A DNA stretch of 64,000 bases, taken from Candidatus Spongiisociaceae bacterium (GTDB lineage: Bacteria; Actinomycetota; Acidimicrobiia; Spongiisociales; Spongiisociaceae). Below the pieces are notes generated by a model. That model did not search any database. It was not told where the DNA came from and saw only the letters and a program-made list of their open reading frames with translations. Positions 47,960 to 57,939 of this stretch are shown here, one piece after another (position 1 is the stretch's first letter; every line of letters begins with the position of its first letter). Position numbers and translations under genes: made by a program. The DNA lies in NCBI GenBank assembly GCA_965219685.1, contig CBDCOH010000002.1, positions 4,128,001 to 4,192,000 on the forward strand. Reading direction: 5' to 3'.

Positions 47960-48541
47960 ATGAAGGTGATCGTAGGGCTCCACAATCCCGAGCCCAGGTA
48001 CGCGGGAACCCGACACAACGTGGGTGCCGAGGTCGTCCGAGCGCTGGTGGAGGGTCAGGGGGTCAGGTTCAGGCGGGGACCGCGCGGGATGAAGGGCGAG
48101 ACGGCCAGGGTGTCCATCGAGGCGAGGCCGGCGGTTCTTGCGCTGCCGCTTCTCTCCATGAACGTCTGCGGGCCGGCGGTCAGGGCCGTGCTCGCCTATT
48201 ACAAGGTCCGTCCCTCCCGGCTACTCCTGGTGCACGACGACATCGACCTGCCCTTCGGCAGGCTGCGCCTCCATGAAGGCCGCGGCCATGGCGGTCACAA
48301 TGGGGTGAGGTCGGTCATCTCAGCCCTCGGCACCCGGGACTTCTGGCGTCTCAAAGTGGGTCTTGGTCGCCCGCCGGGACGCATGGACCCGGCCGACTTC
48401 GTGTTGGGCAGGTTCACCCGCGAGGAGCGGGAGGAGGTCGGCCACCTGATAGCGGATGCCGCCGGGGTGGTGCGAACCTTCATGGCGGACGCCGACCGGG
48501 CCGTCGCCCAAGCGGCCGGGCGCCGCCCGCCGGACGGTTAG
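47960..48541 (+). CDS. pth: Peptidyl-tRNA hydrolase
   Basis: '[16 protein letters not shown]', 'HDDIDLP', 'GGHNG'. Confidence 0.95.
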   Translation: MKVIVGLHNPEPRYAGTRHNVGAEVVRALVEGQGVRFRRGPRGMKGETARVSIEARPAVLALPLLSMNVCGPAVRAVLAYYKVRPSRLLLVHDDIDLPFGRLRLHEGRGHGGHNGVRSVISALGTRDFWRLKVGLGRPPGRMDPADFVLGRFTREEREEVGHLIADAAGVVRTFMADADRAVAQAAGRRPPDG

Positions 48542-48584
48542 CTTTAGGCGTGCTGACAGGTATCGGAAGAGACCGGATGGGGCA

Positions 48585-50081
48585 ATGAAACGGGCAATCG
48601 GAGCTATCGACCAGGGCACAACCAGCACCCGGTTCATGGTCTTCGACGGCCAAGGGAGGGTCGTCGCCTCCGCCCAGCGCGAGTTCAGCCAGATCCTCCC
48701 CCGGCCCGGTTGGGTAGAGCACGACCCGTTGGAGATCTGGAACACCGTGGAGACGGTGGCGGCCCAGGCCCTCGCCGAAGCCGGCATGAACGCCCGGGAA
48801 CTCGTGGCGGTGGGTATCACCAACCAGAGGGAGACCACGGTCGTGTGGGATCGCACCACGGGCCTCCCGCTGTCCAACGCGATCGTGTGGCAGGACACCA
48901 GAACAGACGCACTCTGCGAGACCCTGGCGGAGGGGCACGGGATCGACCGTTTCCGTAGCCGGACCGGCCTCCCGCTCGCGACGTACTTCAGCGGTCCCAA
49001 GGCGGCCTGGCTCCTCGCCAACGTGGACGGCCTGGCCGGGGCGGCTGCATCGGGCCGGGCGCTGGCCGGAACGATCGACTCGTGGGTCGTGTGGAACCTC
49101 ACCGGCGGCGTCCACGGAGGCCGCCACGTGACCGACGTGACCAATGCCTCCAGAACGCTCCTCATGGACATCCACACCCTCGAGTGGAGCGACGAGTTGC
49201 TCGAAGCGATGGGGGTTCCCCGCTCGATGGTGGCCGAGATAGTCCCCTCGGTCGGGAGGATCGGAGAGGGGATCGGCGTGCTCGACGGGGTGCCCATCTC
49301 CACCATCCTCGGCGACCAGCACGCCGCCCTGTTCGGCCAGGCGTGCTACGAGCCCGGGGAGGCCAAGAACACGTACGGGACGGGCTGCTTCATGGTCATG
49401 AACACCGGCGCCCGGATGGTGCCCTCGACCCATGGTCTCCTCACCACGGTCGCCTACCAGGTAGCCGGCGAGGATGCCGTATATGCGCTGGAGGGCTCGG
49501 TGGCTGTCACGGGCGCCCTCGTCCAGTGGCTACGAGATAACCTGGGCCTGATCTCCGCTTCCGAGGAGGTGGAGGCGCTGGCCGAGGAGGTCGAGGACAA
49601 CGGTGATGTGTATTTCGTGCCGGCTTTCTCAGGTCTCTTCGCTCCGCACTGGAGGTCGGATGCCCGGGGCGTCATCACCGGTCTCACCCGCTTCGCCCGC
49701 CGCGGCCACCTGGCCCGTGCGGCGCTGGAAGCCACCGCATACCAGACGCGGGAGGTGCTGGAGGCCATGCGCGCCGATTCCGGTGTAGCCCTGACCGAAC
49801 TCAAGGTGGACGGCGGGATGGTGGTGAACGAACTGCTCATGCAGTTCCAGGCCGACATCCTCGACGTCCCGGTGGTCCGTCCCCGCGTCAACGAGACCAC
49901 CGCGCTCGGCGCGGCCTACGGCGCCGGGCTGGCCGAAGGGTTCTGGGACGGCACCGACGTTCTGAGGGAGAACTGGCGGGAGGAACGGAGGTGGACACCC
50001 TCCATGCCGCCCGATGCGCGGGAGAACCGCTACCAGAGGTGGAAGATGGCGGTCGACCGTTCCCTGGGCTGGGTCGTCTGA
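48585..50081 (+). CDS. glpK: Glycerol kinase
   Basis: 'IDQGTTSTR', 'GITNQRET', 'KNTYGTGCF'. Confidence 0.97.
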   Translation: MKRAIGAIDQGTTSTRFMVFDGQGRVVASAQREFSQILPRPGWVEHDPLEIWNTVETVAAQALAEAGMNARELVAVGITNQRETTVVWDRTTGLPLSNAIVWQDTRTDALCETLAEGHGIDRFRSRTGLPLATYFSGPKAAWLLANVDGLAGAAASGRALAGTIDSWVVWNLTGGVHGGRHVTDVTNASRTLLMDIHTLEWSDELLEAMGVPRSMVAEIVPSVGRIGEGIGVLDGVPISTILGDQHAALFGQACYEPGEAKNTYGTGCFMVMNTGARMVPSTHGLLTTVAYQVAGEDAVYALEGSVAVTGALVQWLRDNLGLISASEEVEALAEEVEDNGDVYFVPAFSGLFAPHWRSDARGVITGLTRFARRGHLARAALEATAYQTREVLEAMRADSGVALTELKVDGGMVVNELLMQFQADILDVPVVRPRVNETTALGAAYGAGLAEGFWDGTDVLRENWREERRWTPSMPPDARENRYQRWKMAVDRSLGWVV

Positions 50082-50160
50082 GGGCCGGATCGGAGACGGC
50101 TTCCGCTCCAGCACCCCGCACGGCCAAGTCGGTAGATCCCGGTGGCAAGTCGGCCGGCCG

Positions 50161-51876
50161 TCATGCCTTCCGGCCGCAGCTTCCGTCCGGGAAACCAGGG
50201 CTCCCGTTCGAGAGGAGGCCCACCGCGTCCAGCTCGCTCCGGTACCGGGCAACGGCCTGCTTGCGGCGTTCTGGCGACCAGAACAGCTCTTCGGCCAGTT
50301 CCTCTGCGATCAGGGGGGCCCATCGAAGACCGTGGTCGGCGCTGGACAGGGCGAGGCAGGTCCTGCGCAGAGCGAAGTCCGCGACCGAGGTGGCCGACTC
50401 GTGGCGGGCCGTGTACACCACCTCGGCAGCCGAGACCGGGGCCGGATGAAGCAGGGTCCCGAGCCGGGGTTTCGCCTCCACAAGCTCCACCACCGCGGTC
50501 GCCTCCGTTCCGTACCGGGCGACCAGCCGGTCCGCGTAGTCCTCCGGTAGCCCGGATCGGAGCCCCCGAGCCCGGAGCCGATCCCGGAAGCCGGGGCTGA
50601 TACCCGCTCCTACCAGGGGCTCGTCGGTGGTCCGGGACGCCAGGTCGACGCCGAGGTGCCGACACACGCGGTCGACGACCCCGACAGCTATTGCCCGGGC
50701 GGAACTCAGCTTTCCCCCGGCCACCCTGAGGACACCGGGTCCCTCCTCGACGATCCGGTGCTCGCGCGACAAGGCGGCGGTCTCCCCGTTGCCCGCCAAT
50801 GCCCGCAGTCCGGCGAAGGCCGCCAGGGGAGTCGCTCCGTCGATGTCCATGTAGCGTCCCAGGTGCTCTTCGAGGTACTCCACGTCCGCCCGCTCCGGCC
50901 GAGCCTGGCCCGGCGGTTCCTCATAGGGGGTGTCGGTGGTGCCTACCAGGGCCAGTCCCTGCCAGGGAATTGCGAACAGCAGACGCCCGTCGTCGGTCTC
51001 GGGCAGCACCAGGGCCTGGCCGCCTAGGGCCAGATCGCCGGCCCGGTACACGAGGTGTACACCCTTCGAGAGCTTGCCGGGCAAGCCCGCCGGCTGTCCG
51101 TCGAGCCCGGGGGGCCGGTAGGCCCAGGTCGCGGAGACCACGGCTCGGGTCCGTACCCGGATCGTCCCCGCCGCCTCCTCGTCCAGGGTGACCCGGAGCA
51201 GGCCGCCCTCCGTGGCGATGGAAGAGGCCCTCATCCCGGAGACCGCAGTGGCTCCGTACCGCCGGACGGCTGTCTTGAGAAGGGTGATCGTCAGGCGGGC
51301 GTCGTCCGTCTGGGCGTCCCGGTAGGCGAACCCCCCGCGCAGCGAGTCCCGGCGCAGCCTGGGGAAGGACATGGCCAACTCCTGGTTGGCGAGCCGGCGG
51401 TGCCGGTCCGCTCCCCGCCGCCGTCCCAGCCGGTCGTACACCGCCAGTCCGGCTCTGAGGCTGAGGGGTAGGAGGGGTCCCGCGGTCAGCCACCCCGGAA
51501 GGTCCACCAATCCTCGTCCGGCGAAGAGCGGGATGACGAAGTCGAGGTCCGCGTAGAGGAAGTCCGCCGTGCGCCGGAGGACGGCCTGTTCCCGCAGACC
51601 GTCCCGGATCAGCCCGAAGCGGAGATGCGGGAGGTAGCGGATCCCACCATGTAGCAACTTGGTCGACTTGCTGGACGTTGCACCGGCGAAGTCGTGCTGC
51701 TCGACCAGTGCGACATGCAGTCCCCGGCTCGCCGCGTCACGCGCGCAAGCGGCACCGATGACTCCCCCGCCGATGACCAGCACGTCGAAGACCCGGGTGC
51801 CGGCCAGGGTGGACCTAGAGGATGATCGGGTCCAAGTTCCCGGGGTGGCCGGCACCCGACGGATTGCCTCCCCCAT
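50161..51876 (-). CDS. glpD: FAD-dependent glycerol-3-phosphate dehydrogenase
   Basis: 'VIGGGVIG', 'TSSKSTKLLHGGIRYL', 'VGTTD'. Confidence 0.92.
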   Translation of the reverse strand: MGEAIRRVPATPGTWTRSSSRSTLAGTRVFDVLVIGGGVIGAACARDAASRGLHVALVEQHDFAGATSSKSTKLLHGGIRYLPHLRFGLIRDGLREQAVLRRTADFLYADLDFVIPLFAGRGLVDLPGWLTAGPLLPLSLRAGLAVYDRLGRRRGADRHRRLANQELAMSFPRLRRDSLRGGFAYRDAQTDDARLTITLLKTAVRRYGATAVSGMRASSIATEGGLLRVTLDEEAAGTIRVRTRAVVSATWAYRPPGLDGQPAGLPGKLSKGVHLVYRAGDLALGGQALVLPETDDGRLLFAIPWQGLALVGTTDTPYEEPPGQARPERADVEYLEEHLGRYMDIDGATPLAAFAGLRALAGNGETAALSREHRIVEEGPGVLRVAGGKLSSARAIAVGVVDRVCRHLGVDLASRTTDEPLVGAGISPGFRDRLRARGLRSGLPEDYADRLVARYGTEATAVVELVEAKPRLGTLLHPAPVSAAEVVYTARHESATSVADFALRRTCLALSSADHGLRWAPLIAEELAEELFWSPERRKQAVARYRSELDAVGLLSNGSPGFPDGSCGRKA

Positions 51877-51932
51877 AATCCGGATCGTACCCGCGCCGCG
51901 GGTGTAGTCTGCTCGGCGGGAAGGGAGCAGCG

Positions 51933-52499
51933 ATTTCGATACCAGACAGTCTTGCCCTGTTCCGGGTGCTATGCGTCCCGGTCATCATCGGGCTGGTCGT
52001 GGCGACCGAGCGCACCGACGTCGAGCACCTGTTCGGGTACGCGGTGGTGCTGGTCATCTGTGCCGGCCTGAGTGACTTCCTCGACGGTTACATCGCCCGC
52101 AAGCAGGGCATCACCTCCATCGTGGGGGCGTTCTGGGACACGACCGCCGACAAGATACTGGTGAGCGGGGTTCTCATAGCGTTGGTCTCGGTGGGCCGGG
52201 CGTCGGTCTGGATCACCTTCATCATCATGACCCGCGAGTTCGTGGTGATGGCTGTGCGTAGTGTGGTCGCCATCGACGGGAAGGTGGTTCCCGCGTCACT
52301 GGCCGGCAAGGCCAAGGCCACCGTGCAGTTCGTCGCGTTGGGGCTGGCGATGTTGCGACTTCCCGAGCCGTGGGGCCCGTTCTACCTGGACGAGTACTGG
52401 ATGTGGCTGACGGCTGCGGTCACGATCGCATCGGGCTGGGACTACATCGTCCGCTTCACGGGCGCCGTCCGCGAGGTGGGACGGACCGCTAAGCCATGA
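51933..52499 (+). CDS. pgsA: CDP-alcohol phosphatidyltransferase (probable ATT start)
   Basis: 'SDFLDGYIARK..GAFWDTTADK', 'REF'; family-type N-terminus 'ISIPDSLALFR' upstream of the first GTG. Confidence 0.85.
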   Translation: MSIPDSLALFRVLCVPVIIGLVVATERTDVEHLFGYAVVLVICAGLSDFLDGYIARKQGITSIVGAFWDTTADKILVSGVLIALVSVGRASVWITFIIMTREFVVMAVRSVVAIDGKVVPASLAGKAKATVQFVALGLAMLRLPEPWGPFYLDEYWMWLTAAVTIASGWDYIVRFTGAVREVGRTAKP

Positions 52500-53467
52500 C
52501 GGTCCTGGTGACCGGCGGCACCGGGGTGGTCGGAAGGCCGGTCGTGCGGTACCTGGTGGAGGCGGGTAGGCAGGTGCGCGGGCTGGCCCGGTCCGAGGCT
52601 TCCGCCGCGTTGCTGGCGGACATGGGGGCCGTTCCGGTGCGAGGCGACATATGCGAGCGCGACTCCCTGGAGAAGGCCGTAGCCGGCTGTGATGTGGTCT
52701 ACCACATAGCCGGCATGGTCCGGTTCTGCCCGCAGTCCCCGGATCGCCTGTACCGGGTCAACGTCGAGGGGACCCGCAACGTTGTGAGAGCGGCCCGCCG
52801 GGCCGGGGTACGCCGGATGGTTCACACGTCGTCCGTGGTGGCGCTGGGGGAGAAGCCGGGCACGGTCGGCTCGGAGGCGACCACCCACCGCGGTCACTAC
52901 CTGAGCCACTACGGACGGTCAAAACACCAGGGTGAGGAGCTGGCGTTCGCCGAGTCGGGGGACATGAAGGTGGTGGTGGTCAACCCCTCCTCCGTGCAGG
53001 GAGCGGCCCGGACGACCGGGAGTGGCGGCTTGCTCCTCCAGGCGGTCAACGGCCGGTTCAAGTACCTGGTCGACACCCCGATCTCGATCGTGGACACGGA
53101 CGACTGCGCGCGGGGTCACCTCGCGGCGGAGGAGCGGGGGATCGCGGGAGAGCGCTACGTGCTCAGCGGGTTCACGATCTCGCTGCGGCAGGCGGTGGCC
53201 CTGATGGGTGACCTGACCGGGCGCCGGTACCGGATCCGTTTCATACCGAGGATCCTGCTGGCGCCGGCGGGCCTGGTAGCGGACTCCGTCGGGAAGTATG
53301 TCGACTCGGTCCCGCTGTGCAGGGAGACCGTGCACCTGATGCGGTACGGCGCCAGCTACGACGGCTCGCGGGCCCGCTGGGAGTTGGGCGTGGACTACCG
53401 GTCGCCGCGGGAGACGTTCGCCAGGGCGCTCGAGTCCTTCCGGGCCGCCGGCCTCACCAACATCTGA
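52496..53467 (+). CDS. NAD-dependent epimerase/dehydratase (dihydroflavonol reductase-like SDR)
   Basis: 'VTGGTGVVG', 'YGRSK'. Confidence 0.9.
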   Translation: MTVLVTGGTGVVGRPVVRYLVEAGRQVRGLARSEASAALLADMGAVPVRGDICERDSLEKAVAGCDVVYHIAGMVRFCPQSPDRLYRVNVEGTRNVVRAARRAGVRRMVHTSSVVALGEKPGTVGSEATTHRGHYLSHYGRSKHQGEELAFAESGDMKVVVVNPSSVQGAARTTGSGGLLLQAVNGRFKYLVDTPISIVDTDDCARGHLAAEERGIAGERYVLSGFTISLRQAVALMGDLTGRRYRIRFIPRILLAPAGLVADSVGKYVDSVPLCRETVHLMRYGASYDGSRARWELGVDYRSPRETFARALESFRAAGLTNI

Positions 53468-53515
53468 GCCGCCCGGGGCCCGGCACCGATCTGCTTTGCC
53501 GGACGTGCCGGTACG

Positions 53516-56500
53516 ATGGGTTTCCTCGTGCCCGCACCACTGTCAGCCCTGCTGGATCGTTGGCGTCCCCGCCATCTCCCCCAAGCTCCCGGAAGGCGGG
53601 TCGTGCCCCCGTCGGCCCGGGCCCTCACGCTGGGGGGGCTCTCCACATACGCCGAGGGGCCCCTGCTGGCGGTGGTCCCGTCGGAACGCGAGGCCGAGGC
53701 CCTGGCCGCCGATCTGCGGCTGTTCACCGACGATGTCATGCTTCTCCCCTCGTGGGAGACCCTTCCGTTCGAGCACGTCTCCCCCAACACGGGGACCATG
53801 GCCCGCCGGGCCGAGGCCCGGCGCCGCCTCGCTCGGGGCCGAGCAGGTCTGGTGGTCGTGGCGTCGGTCCGGGCGACCGTCCAGAGGGTGAGCGGGTCCT
53901 CGACCGCGCCGGTAGTGGCGAGCGCCGGCGCCGAGGTGGAGTTCGAGGCTCTCGTGAGGAGCCTCGACGAGGCGGGCTACTCCCGGACGGATCGAGTCGA
54001 GTCGAGGGGTGAGTTCGCGGTCCGGGGAGGTATCGTCGACGTCTTCCCCGCCCAGTCGGACTCCGCGGTCAGGGTCGACTTCTGGGGGGATCACATCGAC
54101 GAGATAAGGGCATTCTCGGTCGGCTCTCAGCGGTCGATGGGACAGGTGGGGGAACTGCGCGCCTACCCGGCCCGGGAGTTCCGCCCCGATCGGGCGGTTC
54201 GCGAAGCCGCGCGGGCTCTGCGGTCGACCGAACCGTGGGCCTACTCGATCTGGGACCGCATCGCCGAGGGTGTCAGGTTCGCCGGTATGGAGTCGTGGCT
54301 ACCGTGGCTCACCCCGGCCCGCAGCTTGCTGCATGACCTACCCGGTTCGGGGACGCTGGTGCTCCTCGATCCTGTACGGGCCCGGGCGCGGGCGGACGAT
54401 CTGGCTCGGGAGGAGCAGGACCTGGCCGAGGCGCTGGCGGGGACGTGGGGCGAGCGCTACCGGGCCGACGGACGCCGTCCGTCGCTGTTCCTCGACCTGG
54501 TCTCGGAGCTCCCGGAGCGCCTCATCGAGTGCCCGCCGCTCCCGGCCCGCCCCGAGGATCGGCAGATCGAGGTGGGGGCGCTGGATGCCACGCCCGGGGA
54601 TCCGGATGCGGTCGCGACCGGTCTGACCCGGCTCATGGCCCGCGGGGTCGATGTCGTGCTGGCCATGGACGGGAAGCCCGCCGCCGCCAGAGTGGCGAGG
54701 ATCCTCGGCGAGCACGGTCTGGACCTCCCCCTCATCGAGGGCCTCGAGGGCGCCGGCAGGTCCGGGATAGTCGGTGAGGGTATCCACACCGGAGTAGTAC
54801 TCCCGGCGCTCAAGCTGGCAGTGCTGGGCGAGCGGGAGATCGTGGGCCGCCGCAGGACTCACCGCCGTCCGGGCCGGAGGACCTCGGGGTCCGGACCCGC
54901 CTACCAGGATCTGACGCCGGGAGACTACGTGGTCCACAGCCAGCACGGCATCGGCCGGTTCGACGGCCTGGCCAGCCGGACCATCGCCGGGGTCGAGCGC
55001 GACTACCTGGTCATCGCCTACGCCAAGGGAGACCGGCTCTACGTCCCCACCGATCAACTGGCTGCGGTCCGCAAGTACACGGGGGGTGAGTCGCCCAGGG
55101 TGAGCCGGATGGGGGGCAGCGACTGGGCGGCGACGCGGAGCCGGGTGCGCCGGGAGGCCGCGGTCGTGGCCGACCACGTGGTGGAGGTCCACCGGGCAAG
55201 GGCGGCGGCGCAGGGTCACGCCTTCGCTCCGGATACGCCGTGGCAGCAGGAGGTGGAGGACGCCTTCCCCTACGAGGAGACCCGTGACCAGTTGGCGGCC
55301 ATACACGATGTCAAGGAGGACATGGAGTCACCCACACCCATGGACCGCCTGGTATTCGGGGATGTCGGTTTCGGCAAGACGGAGGTGGCGCTGCGAGCTG
55401 CCTTCAAGGCGGTCGCCGACGGGTTCCAGGTGGCGATGCTCTGTCCCACCACGCTCCTGGTCCAGCAACACTTCCAGACCTTCTCCGAGCGGTTCGACCC
55501 CTATCCGATCCGGGTGGAGATGCTCAGCAGGTTCCTGACGCCGGCCCAGGCCCGGAGGGTCGTGGCCGGCCTCCGGACGGGCGAGGTGGACGTGGTGATC
55601 GGCACCCACGCGCTGCTGTCCGAGCGGGTGGAGTTCCGCAGGTTGGGGCTGCTGGTCGTGGACGAGGAGCATCGGTTCGGTGTCAAGGCGAAGGACCGGG
55701 TCAAGGCTGTGGCGGTCGGCGTCGATGTGCTGACCCTGACCGCCACCCCGATACCGCGAACGCTCGAGATGGCGCTCACCGGCATCCGTGACGTGAGCCA
55801 CATACTGACGCCGCCGGAGGACCGCCATCCGATCCTCACCTACGTCGGCCCCTACGACGCCCGGGTCACCTCGGCCGCCATCCGCAGGGAGTTGCTGAGG
55901 GAGGGTCAGGTCTTCTACGTCCACAACCGGGTCCGGTCGATCGAACACGCGGTGGCGAGACTCCGGGAGTTGGTGCCGGACGCCCGCTACGGGGTGGCTC
56001 ACGGGCGGATGAGCGAGGGTCGCCTGGAGCAGACGATGCTGGACTTCTGGGATCACCGGTACGACGTCCTCGTGGCCACCACCATCATCGAGTCCGGATT
56101 GGATCTTCCGCAGGTCAACACGCTCATCGTCGAGCGGGCCGACCAGCTCGGGCTGGCCCAGATCTACCAGCTGCGGGGCCGCGTCGGCCGGTCGGGCAGG
56201 CGGGCCTACGCCTACCTATTCCACCCGGAGGATCCCAGGCTGTCCGAGACCGCCTACCGCCGCCTGGAGGCGGTGGGGGAGTTCACTGACCTTGGGTCGG
56301 GAATGCACCTGGCCAGGCGCGACCTCGAGATCCGGGGCGCCGGATCGGTACTCGGCGAGATGCAGTCCGGCCACATCGCGGCGGTCGGATTCGACCTGTA
56401 CGTGGAGCTGGTCTCCGAAGCGGTGGCAGAGCGGATGGGCACCGAACTTCCCTCCGCCCCGCGCCAGGAGGTGCGGATCGACCTCCCCGTCGACGCCCAC

Positions 56501-56923
56501 CTTCCTGATGGCTACGTCACCGAGCAGGCGGCCCGCCTCGAGGCATACCGGCGGCTGGCCGGGGCCGACACCCACGCCGAGGTGGACGACGTGGCGGCCG
56601 AGTGGCGCGACCGGTACGGGCCGTTGCACGGGGAGGCCGAGCGCCTGATCGAGATCGCGCGCCTGCGCGTGGAGGCCATCCGGATCGGTATCGACGAGAT
56701 CGTAAACCTGCGTCGCGAGGTGAGGCTCGCGCCCGTCGACCTCGCCCAGTCACAGGAGATACGGCTCCAGAGGTTGGCGCCCCGGGCGATCCTGCGCGCC
56801 GCCCAAGGCCGATTGTTCCTGCCCGTGCCTCCATCCGGTGATCTCCTTCGCTACCTGCTGGATTTCCTGGTGGCCATGTGGCCCCCGCCGACTGACCCGG
56901 ACAGCACCACGAATAGGCCGTAG
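53516..56923 (+). CDS. mfd: Transcription-repair coupling factor
   Basis: 'GDVGFGKTEVA', 'DEEHRFG', 'QLRGRVGR', TRCF domain. Confidence 0.97.
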   Translation: MGFLVPAPLSALLDRWRPRHLPQAPGRRVVPPSARALTLGGLSTYAEGPLLAVVPSEREAEALAADLRLFTDDVMLLPSWETLPFEHVSPNTGTMARRAEARRRLARGRAGLVVVASVRATVQRVSGSSTAPVVASAGAEVEFEALVRSLDEAGYSRTDRVESRGEFAVRGGIVDVFPAQSDSAVRVDFWGDHIDEIRAFSVGSQRSMGQVGELRAYPAREFRPDRAVREAARALRSTEPWAYSIWDRIAEGVRFAGMESWLPWLTPARSLLHDLPGSGTLVLLDPVRARARADDLAREEQDLAEALAGTWGERYRADGRRPSLFLDLVSELPERLIECPPLPARPEDRQIEVGALDATPGDPDAVATGLTRLMARGVDVVLAMDGKPAAARVARILGEHGLDLPLIEGLEGAGRSGIVGEGIHTGVVLPALKLAVLGEREIVGRRRTHRRPGRRTSGSGPAYQDLTPGDYVVHSQHGIGRFDGLASRTIAGVERDYLVIAYAKGDRLYVPTDQLAAVRKYTGGESPRVSRMGGSDWAATRSRVRREAAVVADHVVEVHRARAAAQGHAFAPDTPWQQEVEDAFPYEETRDQLAAIHDVKEDMESPTPMDRLVFGDVGFGKTEVALRAAFKAVADGFQVAMLCPTTLLVQQHFQTFSERFDPYPIRVEMLSRFLTPAQARRVVAGLRTGEVDVVIGTHALLSERVEFRRLGLLVVDEEHRFGVKAKDRVKAVAVGVDVLTLTATPIPRTLEMALTGIRDVSHILTPPEDRHPILTYVGPYDARVTSAAIRRELLREGQVFYVHNRVRSIEHAVARLRELVPDARYGVAHGRMSEGRLEQTMLDFWDHRYDVLVATTIIESGLDLPQVNTLIVERADQLGLAQIYQLRGRVGRSGRRAYAYLFHPEDPRLSETAYRRLEAVGEFTDLGSGMHLARRDLEIRGAGSVLGEMQSGHIAAVGFDLYVELVSEAVAERMGTELPSAPRQEVRIDLPVDAHLPDGYVTEQAARLEAYRRLAGADTHAEVDDVAAEWRDRYGPLHGEAERLIEIARLRVEAIRIGIDEIVNLRREVRLAPVDLAQSQEIRLQRLAPRAILRAAQGRLFLPVPPSGDLLRYLLDFLVAMWPPPTDPDSTTNRP

Positions 56924-56995
56924 CGGACTCTCCCCGGTAGCATCGGCAGCCGAATCCGGATGTGGAGACCGGGAAACTCTTTGGAAGGAGGCGGG

Positions 56996-57939
56996 TTGCC
57001 CAGCTTCTTATCTAGCCGGAGCCGCCTCACGAGCCGCACGGCGTTCGTACCCGTGCTCGCGCTCGCCGTCGTGCTGGCTGCCTGCGGAGTTCCGACCAGG
57101 TTGCCACCGTCGACGGAGAAGCGGTCACGTTCGACGAGGTGGCCGCGCTGATTCCATCCGAGGGCGACACCGTGGACACCGGTGTCTTCGCCCGGTCGCT
57201 GATGCTGGTGATCTCCGAGAGGGTGCTCACCTCCGAGGCCGAGCGGCAGTTCGGGTTGGTGTTCACCGAAGGTGACATCGAGGCCATGGTCGACGAGTTG
57301 GTCCTCCAGAGCGGCCAGACCGAGGAGGAAATTCTCACGAACTACAACCTGACCGACGCCTCGCTGCGGTCCATAGGCGCCCAGCAACTCCTGGCCGACC
57401 GGGTCATCCCCGAGTTGGTCGCCGACCAGCCCGATCCCGGCGAGGCTGATCTAATGGCCCGCTACGACGAGATGTTGCCGGGCCTCACGCAGGTGTGCAG
57501 CTCTCACATACTCCTCGAGACCTCCGAGGACGCGCAGGCGGCCCTCCGGAGGGCCGAGGCCGGCGAGGATTTCGCAGCCCTGGCGATGGAGCTGTCCACC
57601 GGTCCGAGCGGTCCAGGCGGGGGAGAGCTCGGGTGCACATCACCCACCAGCTTCGTTGCGGAGTTCGCAGAGGCGATCCAGGTGGCCGAGTTGGGGGTTC
57701 CCTACGGACCGGTCCAGACCCAGTTCGGCTGGCACGTGATCCTCGTATCCGACCGCGTCGTACCGGGATTCGAGGATATGCGGGAACAGATCGTCACCGA
57801 GTTGAAAGCAGCCGGCAGCGAGCAACTGTGGATAGCGTGGCTCACCGACGCCCTGGTCGCCGCCGACGTGCAGGTGGAAGCCGAGTACGGCACCTGGACG
57901 ACCGACCCGGCTCCCAACATCATCCCACCGGGAAGCTGA
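56996..57939 (+). CDS. PrsA/SurA-like parvulin peptidyl-prolyl isomerase lipoprotein, frameshifted at ~57087
   Basis: AGGAGG RBS, TTG start and lipobox 'LAACG' in one frame; 'SDQVATVDGE..SHILL..GGELG..QTQFGWHVI' in another. Confidence 0.8.
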
